Origin: an uncultured archaeon
Lineage (GTDB): Archaea; Thermoproteota; Nitrososphaeria; Nitrososphaerales; Gagatemarchaeaceae
NCBI GenBank assembly: GCA_963799775.1
Contig: CAWCYD010000002.1
Coordinates: 128,001-192,000 of the forward strand
Direction of reading: 5' to 3'
DNA: 64,000 bases
Shown: piece after piece, positions 9,669 through 19,484 of the stretch
How positions within the stretch are numbered: position 1 is the first letter of the stretch
Layout: the number at the start of each line of letters is the position of its first letter
Translations under genes and position numbers: made by a program
Notes under the pieces: model-generated
What the model was told of the DNA's origin: nothing
Databases searched by the model: none
Seen by the model: only the letters and a program-made list of their open reading frames with translations

Positions 9669-11055
9669 CCCTCGACCCCACCTACGTCCTCGCGCTCTAC
9701 GTCGTGGCGGTAGTGCTCTTCATCCTCTCGCTCCGGTTCATGAGCGACGTCAAGACTGCGAGGTGGGGAGGCAGGTCGGCCGCGCTCGGGATGGGCATCG
9801 GAGTCGTCGCGACCCTGGCAGCGTACGCGATACAACGCATCGACCTTCTGGTTGGCGCGATTATCGTGGGTTTCGTGATCGGGACGCCGATCGCCCTGCG
9901 CGTCACCACGACGGCGCTCCCGCAGCGGACGGCCGTCTCTCAGGCGTTCGGCTCTCTGGCCGTCGCTCTGGTGGGGCCGCCGAGTTCTACGACTACCACA
10001 CTACGGCCAACACCTTCACCCTCTCGGTCCTCTCGGCGGAGATGATACTCGGCTTCCTGACCTTCGCGGGCAGCTGCATCGCATTCGCGAAGCTTCAGGA
10101 GCTCATCCCTGGGAGGCCTTTCGTCTATCCCGGAAAGAACTTCGTGAGCATCGCGATACTCATCGTGGCGGCGGCGGTAGGGGTCTTCCTCGTCGCCGAG
10201 CCCGCGCAGACCTTCGCCCTCCCGATAATGGCGGCCCTTGCGCTCGTCTTCGGATTCCTCCTCGTGATGGGTATCGGCGGCGCCGACATGCCGACGGTGA
10301 TCGCGATACTAAACGCATACACGGGAATGTCCGCGGCGGCCCTGGGCTTCGTCCTCAACAACAAGCTCCTCATCGTCGCAGGCTCCCTCGACGGCTCTTC
10401 GGGGTTCGTCCTCGCGTTGATCATGAGCCAGGCCATGAACCGCTCCTTCACGAACGTGCTCTTCGGAGGGGTCGGGGCCAAGGTGGTGAAGGGGGCTCCG
10501 GGAGCGGCCGCCGCCCAGGCCCGCCCGGTCCAATCGATGTCGGCTGCCGACGTCGCGACGATACTCGAGAACGCCAGGTCGGTGGTCGTCGTCCCAGGGT
10601 ACGGGATGGCTGTGGCTCAGGCCCAGCACACCATCAAGGAGGTCGCTGACCTGCTGCAGGAGAAGGGCATCGACGTCAAGTACGGCATCCATCCCGTCGC
10701 CGGAAGGATGCCCGGCCACATGAACGTGCTCCTGGCGGAAGCGAACGTCCCCTATGACCAGCTCTGGGAGATGGAGAAGATCAACCCGATGTTCCCTGAG
10801 ACCGACGTGGCCATAGTCGTGGGCGCGAACGACGTCACCAACCCCGCCGCCAGGACCAACCCGAGCTCGCCCCTGTACGGCATGCCGATAATGAACGTCG
10901 ACAAGGCGAAGACCGTCATCTTCATCAAGCGCTCCATGAGCCCAGGATTCTCGGGAGCTGACAACGAGCTCTTCTACCTCCCGAACACTTGGATGGTCTT
11001 CGGCGACGCCAAGAAAGTCCTGTCCGACTTGGCCGCTGCCCTCAAAGAGAAGTAG
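9665..11055 (+). CDS. pntB: NAD(P) transhydrogenase subunit beta (indel near 9975)
   Basis: IGGADMP, AMNRS, VPGYGMAVAQAQH, IHPVAGRMPGHMNVLLAEA, GANDVTNPAA. Confidence 0.95.
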
Positions 11056-11083
11056 GGCGCCGCCTTTCACTGACTAGGGCCCT

Positions 11084-11551
11084 TCAGGGAGAGGATTTTC
11101 CGAGGGGCCTCGGGAATGTCGACTCTCCCGTCTCGATGGTCTCGGTCCTCATCCACGCGTACCTCACGCTCAAGGCGTACCTGACCGCGAAAGCCACCGC
11201 GATGCCTATGAGGTTCGCTATCGCCGCCGACATCCCGTAGTCCACGCCGACGTCGAGGACCGCTGCGTTCACGACCAGGCCCGCGAGCATCAGGACGTTG
11301 AACTTCACCAGCCTCGAGGCCATTCTCCCGGACCTCCTGTCCTTGAAGGTCCACAGGTCGTTAAGGAAGAAGTTAGAGAGGATCGAGACCTCTATGGCAA
11401 TCGTGCTCGCGTAGAGAAGATACATCCCTGTCCCTTGGAGCACGAGCAGGAGTCCCTCGTTCACCACGACGCCTATCCCGCCGACCACGGCGAACTTGAT
11501 GAACGAGTTGTAGTAGTCCAACGAGAGGAACTTGCTCTTGCTGGAGGTCAT
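11084..11551 (-). CDS. GtrA family membrane protein
   Basis: FIKFAVVGGIGVVVN...SILSNFFLNDLWTF; ATG at 11551. Confidence 0.85.
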   Translation of the reverse strand: MTSSKSKFLSLDYYNSFIKFAVVGGIGVVVNEGLLLVLQGTGMYLLYASTIAIEVSILSNFFLNDLWTFKDRRSGRMASRLVKFNVLMLAGLVVNAAVLDVGVDYGMSAAIANLIGIAVAFAVRYALSVRYAWMRTETIETGESTFPRPLGKSSP

Positions 11552-12333
11552 GGCCCAAGCCCTATTCCTTGCGACCAAAGGCCCCGAGATAGTAGACCAC
11601 GTACAGGACCGACAATCCCGCGACAGCCACCAAGACGAACCTGCCCGGCTGAAGCGGAAAGAGAGTCGAGGGAGCTCTGCCAGAGGGGGCCTGCGGAGTA
11701 GCCTACGTAGATCAGGATCGCAGACCAGATGAACGCTCCTGCCGTCGTCAAGACTGCGAAGGTCCGGAGCTTCATCTTCAGCAGGCCCGCGGGGATAGAT
11801 ATGATCGACCTCAATCCCGGGAGGAGCCTCGCCACGAAGACGGTCACGGCCCCCTTGGAGTCTATCCACCTCTCCCCGTTGTCGAGGTGCGTCTGGGAGA
11901 CTCCTATCCTTCCCATCAACCTGTACACCAAGGGCCTCCCCAGCCACAGGGCGAGATAGTAGTCCACCAACGCTCCCACAAGGCCCGCGATCGTCGCGTC
12001 GATGATCGCGAGCTCGAGGTTCATCTTTCCGAGGTAGACGGCGTAGCCCGCCAGCGGAAGCACGAGCTCGCTGGGTATGGGGAGCGCGGCGCTCTCCATG
12101 GCCATCAGGACGAAGAGACCGGCATACCCCGTGTTGAGCCATGAGTTCAGCACCCCCATGGAGAAGACCGAGCCAGACGAGACCGCCTTTCCGATGCTGG
12201 ACTCGAACGGCAGGTTCACGATGTCGATAAGCTCGACCAGGCTAAGGCAAAGGGCGAACAGAGCCACCGCTGCGAGATACTTGTTCCTCGGAAGGAATGC
12301 GTAGCCTCGCCTAGGAAGGCCTGGATTCCCCAT
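11548..12333 (-). CDS. DedA/VTT family membrane protein (C-terminal indel likely)
   Basis: MAMESAALPIPSELVLPLAGY, VFVARLLPGLRSIISIPAG. Confidence 0.9.
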   Translation of the reverse strand: MGNPGLPRRGYAFLPRNKYLAAVALFALCLSLVELIDIVNLPFESSIGKAVSSGSVFSMGVLNSWLNTGYAGLFVLMAMESAALPIPSELVLPLAGYAVYLGKMNLELAIIDATIAGLVGALVDYYLALWLGRPLVYRLMGRIGVSQTHLDNGERWIDSKGAVTVFVARLLPGLRSIISIPAGLLKMKLRTFAVLTTAGAFIWSAILIYVGYSAGPLWQSSLDSLSASAGQVRLGGCRGIVGPVRGLLSRGLWSQGIGLGP

Positions 12334-12390
12334 ACCTTCGGTCGTCCGTTGGATTGGGCCTTATAGGAGTTATGAGAATTATTCCTGTTC

Positions 12391-12993
12391 CTAGACGGGG
12401 TTCGAATCCGCGAAGCCCATGAGATAGCCGCCGAGACCCAAAAGCCCAATCAGAGCAGGATAGACTATCATCCTCTCCATCCCTCCCTGTCCAAGCCCCA
12501 GAAAGGTGTCGGTCGCGTAAAGGATGGTGGCCGCCAGGGTCAAGACCCCGATCACGGCGGAGAAGTAGGTATAGGGCGCCCTCGCCACCTTGTAGACGAG
12601 CAGCGCCTGGATCCCGGCGGAGACGAACGTCAACGCCGAGACAAAGATGTGGACGCTCCCGAAGCTCTCGTTGAACACGCCCACCCCGATAGCGCCGATC
12701 CCGCCGAGCGCCTGGAAGAACGGGAGCGCCTGTGCCCCCGAGCCTCTCCAGATCAAATAGGCGGCGAAGAGGACCATCACTCCGAGAAAGACGACGGAGG
12801 CGTCGAATATCTCGGAGGACGGCTGGACGAAGGTGCAGACGCCGCTCCTGCAGGTCGCACCCAGGTCGCTGACGGTGTTGACGGAGACATCGTAGCCGGG
12901 ATAGTAGATCTCCGCTAGCTCAAAGAAGAACACGAACTGCCCGGTCGCAATGAAGAGGAGCGCACCCGCCCGCTTCAGGCTCCGCGCCTCCAT
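12391..12993 (-). CDS. DUF998 family membrane protein
   Basis: YPGYDVSVNTVSDLG, GVGVFNE...H, LGQGGMERMIVYP. Confidence 0.8.
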   Translation of the reverse strand: MEARSLKRAGALLFIATGQFVFFFELAEIYYPGYDVSVNTVSDLGATCRSGVCTFVQPSSEIFDASVVFLGVMVLFAAYLIWRGSGAQALPFFQALGGIGAIGVGVFNESFGSVHIFVSALTFVSAGIQALLVYKVARAPYTYFSAVIGVLTLAATILYATDTFLGLGQGGMERMIVYPALIGLLGLGGYLMGFADSNPV

Positions 12994-13176
12994 CGCACCA
13001 AGTGAGGGCGAACGCTTGTTTAAAAATTAGGGGGCGCGCCTTACATTCGGTTGCTCGGCCCTCGAGGGCGCCTCCGCCTTGCAATCATTCCTGGCGAGAG
13101 GCTCCCCACGGGCACCCGGAATTGCTCGCCCGCACGGTCAAATTTTTAACACGTCGGTGCAAAAAGACGCGTTTGA

Positions 13177-13249
13177 TGCTAAACATATGGCTGATTTGCG
13201 TCGAACATGGTAATCATATGTTAGCAGAAATCCGCATAAATTTATATAA
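13177..13249 (+). promoter_or_regulatory. amt promoter: inverted repeat plus TATA box
   Basis: TGCTAAACATATG (13177-13189) / CATATGTTAGCA (13215-13226); TTTATATAA at 13241-13249, 23 nt before the GTG at 13273. Confidence 0.6.
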
Positions 13250-13272
13250 TATGCAAGCCTAGGCTCCGTGAA

Positions 13273-14770
13273 GTGAACGAATCCCTGCCTGTTTCCGACA
13301 GCGCACCGATGCGACTGACGAAATTCCTCACTGCAAGATTCACGCTGCCGATCATCGTGCTGATGGTCCTGCTCCTGGTGCTGAGCGCGCATTCGGCGTT
13401 CGCACAGACGACCACCTACACGCCGCCGGCGAACCTCAGCAGCTTCCCCGCGGCCTCCGTGCCAGCCTGGCTGGACACCGGAAGTAACTCGTGGATGATG
13501 ACGGCAGCCACCTTCGTGGGCCTGCAGAGCATCCCCGGGCTCACGCTCTACTACGGCGGTCTCACGAGGAAGAAGTTCTCAATTAACACGGCCCTGATGT
13601 GCCTGTACGGGTTCTCAGCAGTCCTGGTCATCTGGGTCATTGCTCGGTTACAACTTTGGCTTTGGTGCTGCTAGCGTAAAGGTCGGCTCATACGGAATTC
13701 TCGGAACGCTCAGCTCGGTCGCACCTGGGATTGTGGAAGGGTCCCAGGCGGCTGTCGGCCCTACAGGTCTACTCCTCAACATACCGACCTCCACGGTGGT
13801 CTGGTTCCAGTTCGTCTTCGCTGCGATCACCCCGCTCCTCTTCGTGGGAGCCATCATCGAGAGGACCAACTTCAAGGCGTGGATCCCATTCGTCCCACTG
13901 TGGTCGCTACTCGTCTACAGCCCCATGGCGTACGCGCTATTCGCGGGCGGCTGGCTCAACCAGCTTGGCGCAGTCGACTTCTCTGGCGGTTACGTCATCC
14001 ACCTGAACGCAGGCATAGCCGCGCTCGCCTCTGCCATAGCCATAGGCCCCAGGGCCATCAAGTCCAGAGGAATCAAGCCGTTCAACCTCTACTGGGTCTT
14101 CGTAGGCTGCGGACTGGTGTGGCTAGGCTGGAACGGGTTCAACGGAGGCGACCCGTACGGCTCAAGCATCGACGCCTCGATAGCAGTAATCAACACCGAC
14201 CTCGCGACCGCGGTCTCGGCCATCACGTGGATGGCGATGGACATGCAGTTCCTCAAGAAACCAACGCTGGTCGGCGCGATGAGCGGCGCGATCACCGGAT
14301 TGGTCGCGATCACTCCAGCAGCTGGCTACGTCAGCGGGTGGGGCGCGATAATTCTGGGCATCGCCGGCGGCACCATCCCCTGGGTGGCGACGTACAAGCT
14401 CCTTCCAAGGATGAAAATCGACGACGCGCTTGGCGTCTTCCCTGCGCACGGAGTGGCGGGCCTCACGGGCGGTATCCTAACGGGGATCCTCGCGGACCCC
14501 GCGGTGACCCAGTTCGTCTACCCAGGCCTCACGGGCGCTGCCTTTGGGAACCTGAACCTGCTGGGCATCCAGATCGTGGCGGCCCTGGTCGTGATCGTCT
14601 ACAGCCTCGTGATGACGTTCGCGATATGGAAGCTAATCGGCATCTTCATACCTCTGAAGATGACGGAAGAGCAGTTGAAGATAGGGGACACCGCGATACA
14701 CGGAGAAGAGGTCGAGCCTCAGGACGAGGAACCGGAGGCCTCGGAGATGAAGGCCACTCCGAGCATGTGA
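13273..14770 (+). CDS. amt: ammonium transporter (indel near 13645)
   Basis: [56 protein letters not shown]; twin His intact; signal-like leader ending SAFA. Confidence 0.95.
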
Positions 14771-14809
14771 GCTCCGGTCGCACCTGGCGGAGACGCCATG
14801 CGGCCGAGC
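14771..14809 (+). terminator. strong GC hairpin directly after the amt stop (terminator or mRNA stabiliser)
   Basis: GCT C CGGTCGCA CC TGGCG GAGA CGCCA TGCGGCCG AGC with a GNRA loop; no U-tract. Confidence 0.4.
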
Positions 14810-14879
14810 CCTCACAAGGGCCCCGCGTGGCGAGAAATCTTCCGGAATTCATAAATAATCTCGAGAAGTAAGTTGTAAC

Positions 14880-16136
14880 GTGAATTCCAGCAAGCTTCAG
14901 CCGTACAAGCTTGTGAATCTCGGAAGGCAGCTGAAGACACCAGTGCTCGTCCGTGTGGACATCAACCTGCCCGCCTCGAAAGGCCAGATCGAAGAAGACG
15001 CGCTCAGGATGAGGGTCTACGGCCACGTGCTGGAGATGTATTCGGATTACGCGGGCCTCGTCGTCATGAGCCACCAGGGCAGGAAGGGCGGAGACGACTT
15101 CACATCGTTCATGCCCCACTTCGAGACCCTGAGGAAGCTCCTCCCGCAAGACATGGACGTCGATTTCGTTCCTTACGACAAGGTGTTCACCGAGGACACC
15201 AAGAAGAAGATCAAGGGCCTGCAGCGCAGGCAGCTCATCCTCCTGGACAACATGAGGTATTTCGAGGAGGAGAAGAAGTGGGACGCGGAGAAGAACACGT
15301 ACGTCCCGTTCTTCAAGGGGCTCATTCAGAGCTGCGTCAACGACTCGATTCCCACCTGGCACAGAGAGGACTCTAGCCTCATGTGTCTGCCCTACATAGC
15401 GCCGACCTGGATCGGGTTGCGCTCCTCATACGAGCTGAGGATCCTCCAAGAGGTGATGAACAGCAAGGAGCCAAAGGCCCTGATAATGGGCGGAGCGAAG
15501 ATCCAGAAGGTGAACGACCTGGTCAAGATCGCGCACATGGGAGTCGACATCTTCACCGGTGGGCTCCCGGGACAGGTGATCGCCAGGTCGAGGGGGTACG
15601 ACCTCGGGGAGGCCAACAACAAGTTCCTGGAGAAGAAGTTCAGCACCGAGGACTTTGGCGAGGCCAAGAAGCTCGACTCTCTCCTCAAGTCCAGCGGAGA
15701 ACATACCACGCTGAGGCACCCAGTCGATTTCATGGTCGATGACGGCGGCGTAAGAAAGGCGGTCAAGATCGAGGAACTTCCCAAGACCACGGGAGAGATC
15801 AGGGACATAGGCCCCGAGACGATGGAGACCTACGCCTCCATGCTTCAGGAAAAGCCCCTCAGGATAAGGGCCGGACCTCTCGGCGTCTACGAGAAGGGCT
15901 TCCAGAACGGGCTCGAGCTGACCAAGAGAATCAGCGGCGACGGCCTGATCTTCCTCGGAGGAGACACCTCTCAGGAGCTCAACGCCGGCGGGTTGCTGGG
16001 CCACATCGAGGACTCCGGCGGAAGGATATGCATCAGCGGCGGCTCGTTCCTGCACGGATGGGCAGGCGGCAGGTTCCCGGCGATCGAGTCCCTCTTGAGC
16101 CTGCAGGGACCGCTGGTAATGAACTCCTCAGCCTGA
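14880..16136 (+). CDS. pgk: phosphoglycerate kinase (divergent)
   Basis: VRVDIN, SHQGR, DNMRY, WHR, GGAK, DIGPET, GPLGVYE, GGDT. Confidence 0.85.
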   Translation: MNSSKLQPYKLVNLGRQLKTPVLVRVDINLPASKGQIEEDALRMRVYGHVLEMYSDYAGLVVMSHQGRKGGDDFTSFMPHFETLRKLLPQDMDVDFVPYDKVFTEDTKKKIKGLQRRQLILLDNMRYFEEEKKWDAEKNTYVPFFKGLIQSCVNDSIPTWHREDSSLMCLPYIAPTWIGLRSSYELRILQEVMNSKEPKALIMGGAKIQKVNDLVKIAHMGVDIFTGGLPGQVIARSRGYDLGEANNKFLEKKFSTEDFGEAKKLDSLLKSSGEHTTLRHPVDFMVDDGGVRKAVKIEELPKTTGEIRDIGPETMETYASMLQEKPLRIRAGPLGVYEKGFQNGLELTKRISGDGLIFLGGDTSQELNAGGLLGHIEDSGGRICISGGSFLHGWAGGRFPAIESLLSLQGPLVMNSSA

Positions 16137-16169
16137 GTTCTCTCTCTTCGAAGAACGAACGGCAGTCCC

Positions 16170-16478
16170 TCAGTGGTGCCCCGAGAGATCGATCCGACCC
16201 CTGGTCGTCAGTGCGAACTGCACCGCAAAGCCGTCTCCTTTCCCCTCGAGCAAGCCGTCTGAGACGAGGTAATCGACGGCCTTCAAGAATTCGACCCACG
16301 GATGGGCCTTGTTCGCGCGGTAAAGATCTCCCAAGGTCTGCGGCGAGACCACCACGAGGCGCTTCACTATCGAGGCGATTATCTCCTTCTCGACGGGCCC
16401 GGCTCTCCTCCTCTCGTCTTTGCGAAGCTCAGCTCCTTCGGTCCCGTAATTTGTCTTGGACATTGTCTCCTCGCTCAT
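16170..16478 (-). CDS. small winged-helix-like protein (paralog of 121..450)
   Basis: QTLGDLYRANK...FLKAVDYLVSDGLLEGKGDGFAVQFALTTRG. Confidence 0.65.
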   Translation of the reverse strand: MSEETMSKTNYGTEGAELRKDERRRAGPVEKEIIASIVKRLVVVSPQTLGDLYRANKAHPWVEFLKAVDYLVSDGLLEGKGDGFAVQFALTTRGRIDLSGHH

Positions 16479-16496
16479 GCTCTGGCTCTTGGCCCC

Positions 16497-16682
16497 CTAG
16501 CTTGCGAAGAGTCGCTCTGCGATGTGCTGTGGCGCGTGCGCCCTCGCGTGCTTCGTCATGTGGATGTAGCAGTAGGAGTCGCCACACACATGACAAGTGA
16601 AGTGGTATCCGAGGTTCAGCTTTGCTCCACAATACCGGCAGAAGTTCTCGCTCTTCGACTGTGCGTGTGCAGTCTCGCTCAC
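16497..16682 (-). CDS. AN1-like zinc-finger protein
   Basis: CRYC-x11-CHVC-x4-C-x2-H-x3-H. Confidence 0.65.
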   Translation of the reverse strand: MSETAHAQSKSENFCRYCGAKLNLGYHFTCHVCGDSYCYIHMTKHARAHAPQHIAERLFAS

Positions 16683-16782
16683 CCTCTAGCCGCCTGTACG
16701 AATCAAAGGCCGTGAGAAGTATAGCACTTTCCGAAATGGTCTATATTACGCAATAGCGAATATAGCGTCACAGTACAACGCC

Positions 16783-16938
16783 CTACTTGGAGGGCCACGT
16801 CTTCAGCGTGTCGAGGATCTGCTTGGCCCTCTCTCCCTTGTAGTACTTCGTCACGAGCTTTGTGAACTGCAGGGGCCTGTTCGCATACAGCACCCTCAAC
16901 TCGCGGAGGAGCTGCTCTTCTGTGAGTAATCCAGCCAT
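16783..16938 (-). CDS. hypothetical small protein (51 aa)
   Basis: MAGLLTEEQLLRELR...; host-like codons. Confidence 0.45.
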   Translation of the reverse strand: MAGLLTEEQLLRELRVLYANRPLQFTKLVTKYYKGERAKQILDTLKTWPSK

Positions 16939-17041
16939 GCCGATCGATTCCTTATGGCCCGAGTGGCGCGCAGTTAAGCGCTTTGACCCGCCCAACGCCC
17001 GAATTTCTCGTCCCAGAAACGCATTAATCGAGGCTCCGCAA

Positions 17042-17500
17042 GTGAAAGACCTGTTGCTCTTCCTGGTATCCCATCGCCATAGCGTGGACAAGTGTCCGGG
17101 GAACGAGGGGAGGGAGGCGGTAGACAAGCACTACCGGAGCCTGCAGGTCGACGTGGCCGCGAGGCTCGGGATCAAGATAGTGTCCATGTACACGGCCCCC
17201 ATAGAGCACGCGCGTTTCATCGTCCTCCAGACGGACAGCTTCGAGGCGCTTAGAGACTACCTGGAGCCTCTCTACCTCATAGGCAACGTGGAGATCTTCC
17301 CGGTCTCTTCGTTCTCCCAGAGGGTCCAGAACCTCGAGGAGCGCTTGGAGCCGGCTCCGACGGACTACTATTGCATGACGTGCAGGGTGAACTTCTTCGA
17401 GAACGAGATGGAGACGCACCAGGGGCACAAGTACTACAACCAGAAGCAGATGGAGGACATTTGGCCCCACGAGCTGGGGGGCGAAGCCGGCGGCGGCTGA
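17042..17500 (+). CDS. DUF3303/GYD-like ferredoxin-fold protein fused to a C-terminal CxxC...HxxH zinc module
   Basis: SHRHSVDKCP, LGIKIVSMY...EH...IVL, YYCMTC...HQGH. Confidence 0.55.
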   Translation: MKDLLLFLVSHRHSVDKCPGNEGREAVDKHYRSLQVDVAARLGIKIVSMYTAPIEHARFIVLQTDSFEALRDYLEPLYLIGNVEIFPVSSFSQRVQNLEERLEPAPTDYYCMTCRVNFFENEMETHQGHKYYNQKQMEDIWPHELGGEAGGG

Positions 17501-17661
17501 AAATGGCCCTCGCCGAGACATCACGCGCAAACTCGAACCTGTTCCTCTACTTCAACTTCGGCACGAACCCATGCAAGTGACACGCGCTGAAGGCAGGCTA
17601 TGACGAAAACCCGCCCGTCTTCCCACCTTTCCCGGAGGTCGTAAGATATCGTTATAGCCAA

Positions 17662-18324
17662 TTGCCTAACCGCCCGATTCTGATGTTCGCAGCGAGCGTC
17701 GAGGCTTCCGATTCGGGAGGCGTCCCAAAGAGAGGAAGGCGAAACCTGACTGTCTTGGCCGTGGCGTCGATAATCCTCCTCGTGCTCGTGCTTTTCGCCC
17801 TCGGAAGCCTCGGCGGCCCCCCAACCTCGAGCAACAGCCCGGCCTCCACCACATCGTCCACCTCCTACAATGTCGAGGCGTCATCCGTCCTGTCATCCGC
17901 CTCGAACGACGCCCCGTACGGCTACTCCCAAGGCTCCACGAAACCCCTCAACCCGAGGGAAAACGGTCTCACCAGCGCCGGATACGCGCTATACTCCAAC
18001 CAGGGAGGAGCCCTGGCGAACGTGACGATCCTGGTCTTCAACTCCACCGTCTCGGCGCAGACCTACGTGACGAGCGTCATCGCCAACGCCAAGGCCGTCT
18101 CGGGCTACTCCGACTCGACGTCTTCCCTGTCCTCGTTCGAGCACTATGGGACTTGCTACGGGTACGCCGAGAGCGACCCGGAGGGAGGTCAGTACGTCGC
18201 TAACGGGGTCTGCACGAAAGGCAACGTCTACATCCAGGTCCACGTGGCGACGACATCCTCGCTGACCTCTGCCGAGAGCGACGCGTCCGGTTTCGTCGGG
18301 GCCGCCTACCAGGCCCTAGCCTAG
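17662..18324 (+). CDS. membrane-anchored secreted Ser/Thr-rich protein
   Basis: N-terminal TM helix, S/T linker, globular domain with 2 Cys. Confidence 0.6.
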   Translation: MPNRPILMFAASVEASDSGGVPKRGRRNLTVLAVASIILLVLVLFALGSLGGPPTSSNSPASTTSSTSYNVEASSVLSSASNDAPYGYSQGSTKPLNPRENGLTSAGYALYSNQGGALANVTILVFNSTVSAQTYVTSVIANAKAVSGYSDSTSSLSSFEHYGTCYGYAESDPEGGQYVANGVCTKGNVYIQVHVATTSSLTSAESDASGFVGAAYQALA

Positions 18325-18716
18325 TCTGAGCGGGACTCTATCGCGTGAGGTCTCTGCATCTCGATCATTGCATATTCGTTCCCGCTCTCGTCCCTGAAGT
18401 TGTAGCATGGGCCGTCGGGGCATCGAAGCTCCCCCCGTCGGGCTTCCATCCACGAGCCTTCAAGTCCCTGGCCGCCTCCTCCAAGTCATCCACCTCGTAG
18501 ATTAGCCTCTTGCTCGGGGCCTTCACATGGTCGGCGATGAGCAGGTAAGGCTCCCCGCAGAGGTCGAATGCGGCCACCCTGGCGCCGAATGCCCTGCGGT
18601 TCCAGACAAGCTTCGCTCCGAGCTTCTTCTCGTAGAAAGCAAGGTCGTCGTCGAAGTTGGAGGTGCACCACATAGACGTATACGAGGCGGCTGAAGACGG
18701 ACTTGCTCTTCCCCAT
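18321..18716 (-). CDS. VOC/glyoxalase family protein (indels)
   Basis: LVYVY...FYEKKLGA...LIYEVDDLEEA...PDGPCYNFRDESGN across frames. Confidence 0.75.
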
Positions 18717-18721
18717 GACCT

Positions 18722-19366
18722 TCACCTCGCTATCTTGAAGTTGAAGTTCGGGCTCTGGAAGTTCATGTAGAGCCTCAGCCAGAGGGGGAGGAGCATCTCG
18801 AGGCCTCGTGCCGCCGTGATGTCTCCCAGGTCGATCGGTTTCTTCCACCCGAAAGCCTTCAAGATCTCGACCACCTTCGCCTTTCCTTGCGCGTCGTTTC
18901 CAGCCACGAAGATGTCGTGCTCCCCTGGGACCAGGCCCGGATTGACCATTATCACATGGCTCACCGTGTTGAGCGTCTTCACCACCTTCGCGTCCGGAAA
19001 CGCCCGCTGGATCTGCTCGCCGACGGAGTCTGTGTTGCAGACTGTCAGGGTGGGGGGCATCCCCTTGGAGAAATCCAGAGGGTTGGAGACGTCGACCACA
19101 ACCTTGCCGCGGAGGTTCGCCGCCCCAGCCAGGTTGAGGGCCTCCAGCGAGACCGAACCGGCCGTGCAGTTGAAGACGACCTCCCCGAACTTGGCGGCAT
19201 CCTCGAAAGTGCCGGCGGACGCTCTTGGTCCACTCGCCTTCGCCCATGCGGCCGCCTTTGGGTTGTTTGCCGTCCGTGACCCCATCTTCACCTCGTTACC
19301 GAGCGTGACCAGCTTGGAGGCGAGGATGCTCCCCACATCTCCCGTCCCTAGAATCCCGATTCGCAT
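18722..19366 (-). CDS. NADP oxidoreductase, F420-dependent family
   Basis: IGILGTGDVG, GSR, VVDVSNPL, SVGEQIQ, VVKTLNT, DLGDITAARGLE. Confidence 0.85.
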   Translation of the reverse strand: MRIGILGTGDVGSILASKLVTLGNEVKMGSRTANNPKAAAWAKASGPRASAGTFEDAAKFGEVVFNCTAGSVSLEALNLAGAANLRGKVVVDVSNPLDFSKGMPPTLTVCNTDSVGEQIQRAFPDAKVVKTLNTVSHVIMVNPGLVPGEHDIFVAGNDAQGKAKVVEILKAFGWKKPIDLGDITAARGLEMLLPLWLRLYMNFQSPNFNFKIAR

Positions 19367-19484
19367 GGGGCCCGGAGGGCGCTCCTTCTGTATTAAAGGG
19401 GCGTGAGCCAAAGGCGGAAGTCGACCCTCTGCTCGAGAGCGCAAGGCTCAGGTTAAATGGTGGCCGTAGGCCGGTGCCTCGGGC

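Noticed and set aside
12396-12412. GGGGTTCGAATCC T-loop-like motif
   Set aside because: Antisense of the last codons of DUF998; no cloverleaf.
13068-13078. GCGCCTCCGCC matching the 44-46 kb att-like repeat
   Set aside because: An isolated 11-mer of almost pure GC in a GC-rich window is plausibly chance, and there is no flanking similarity.
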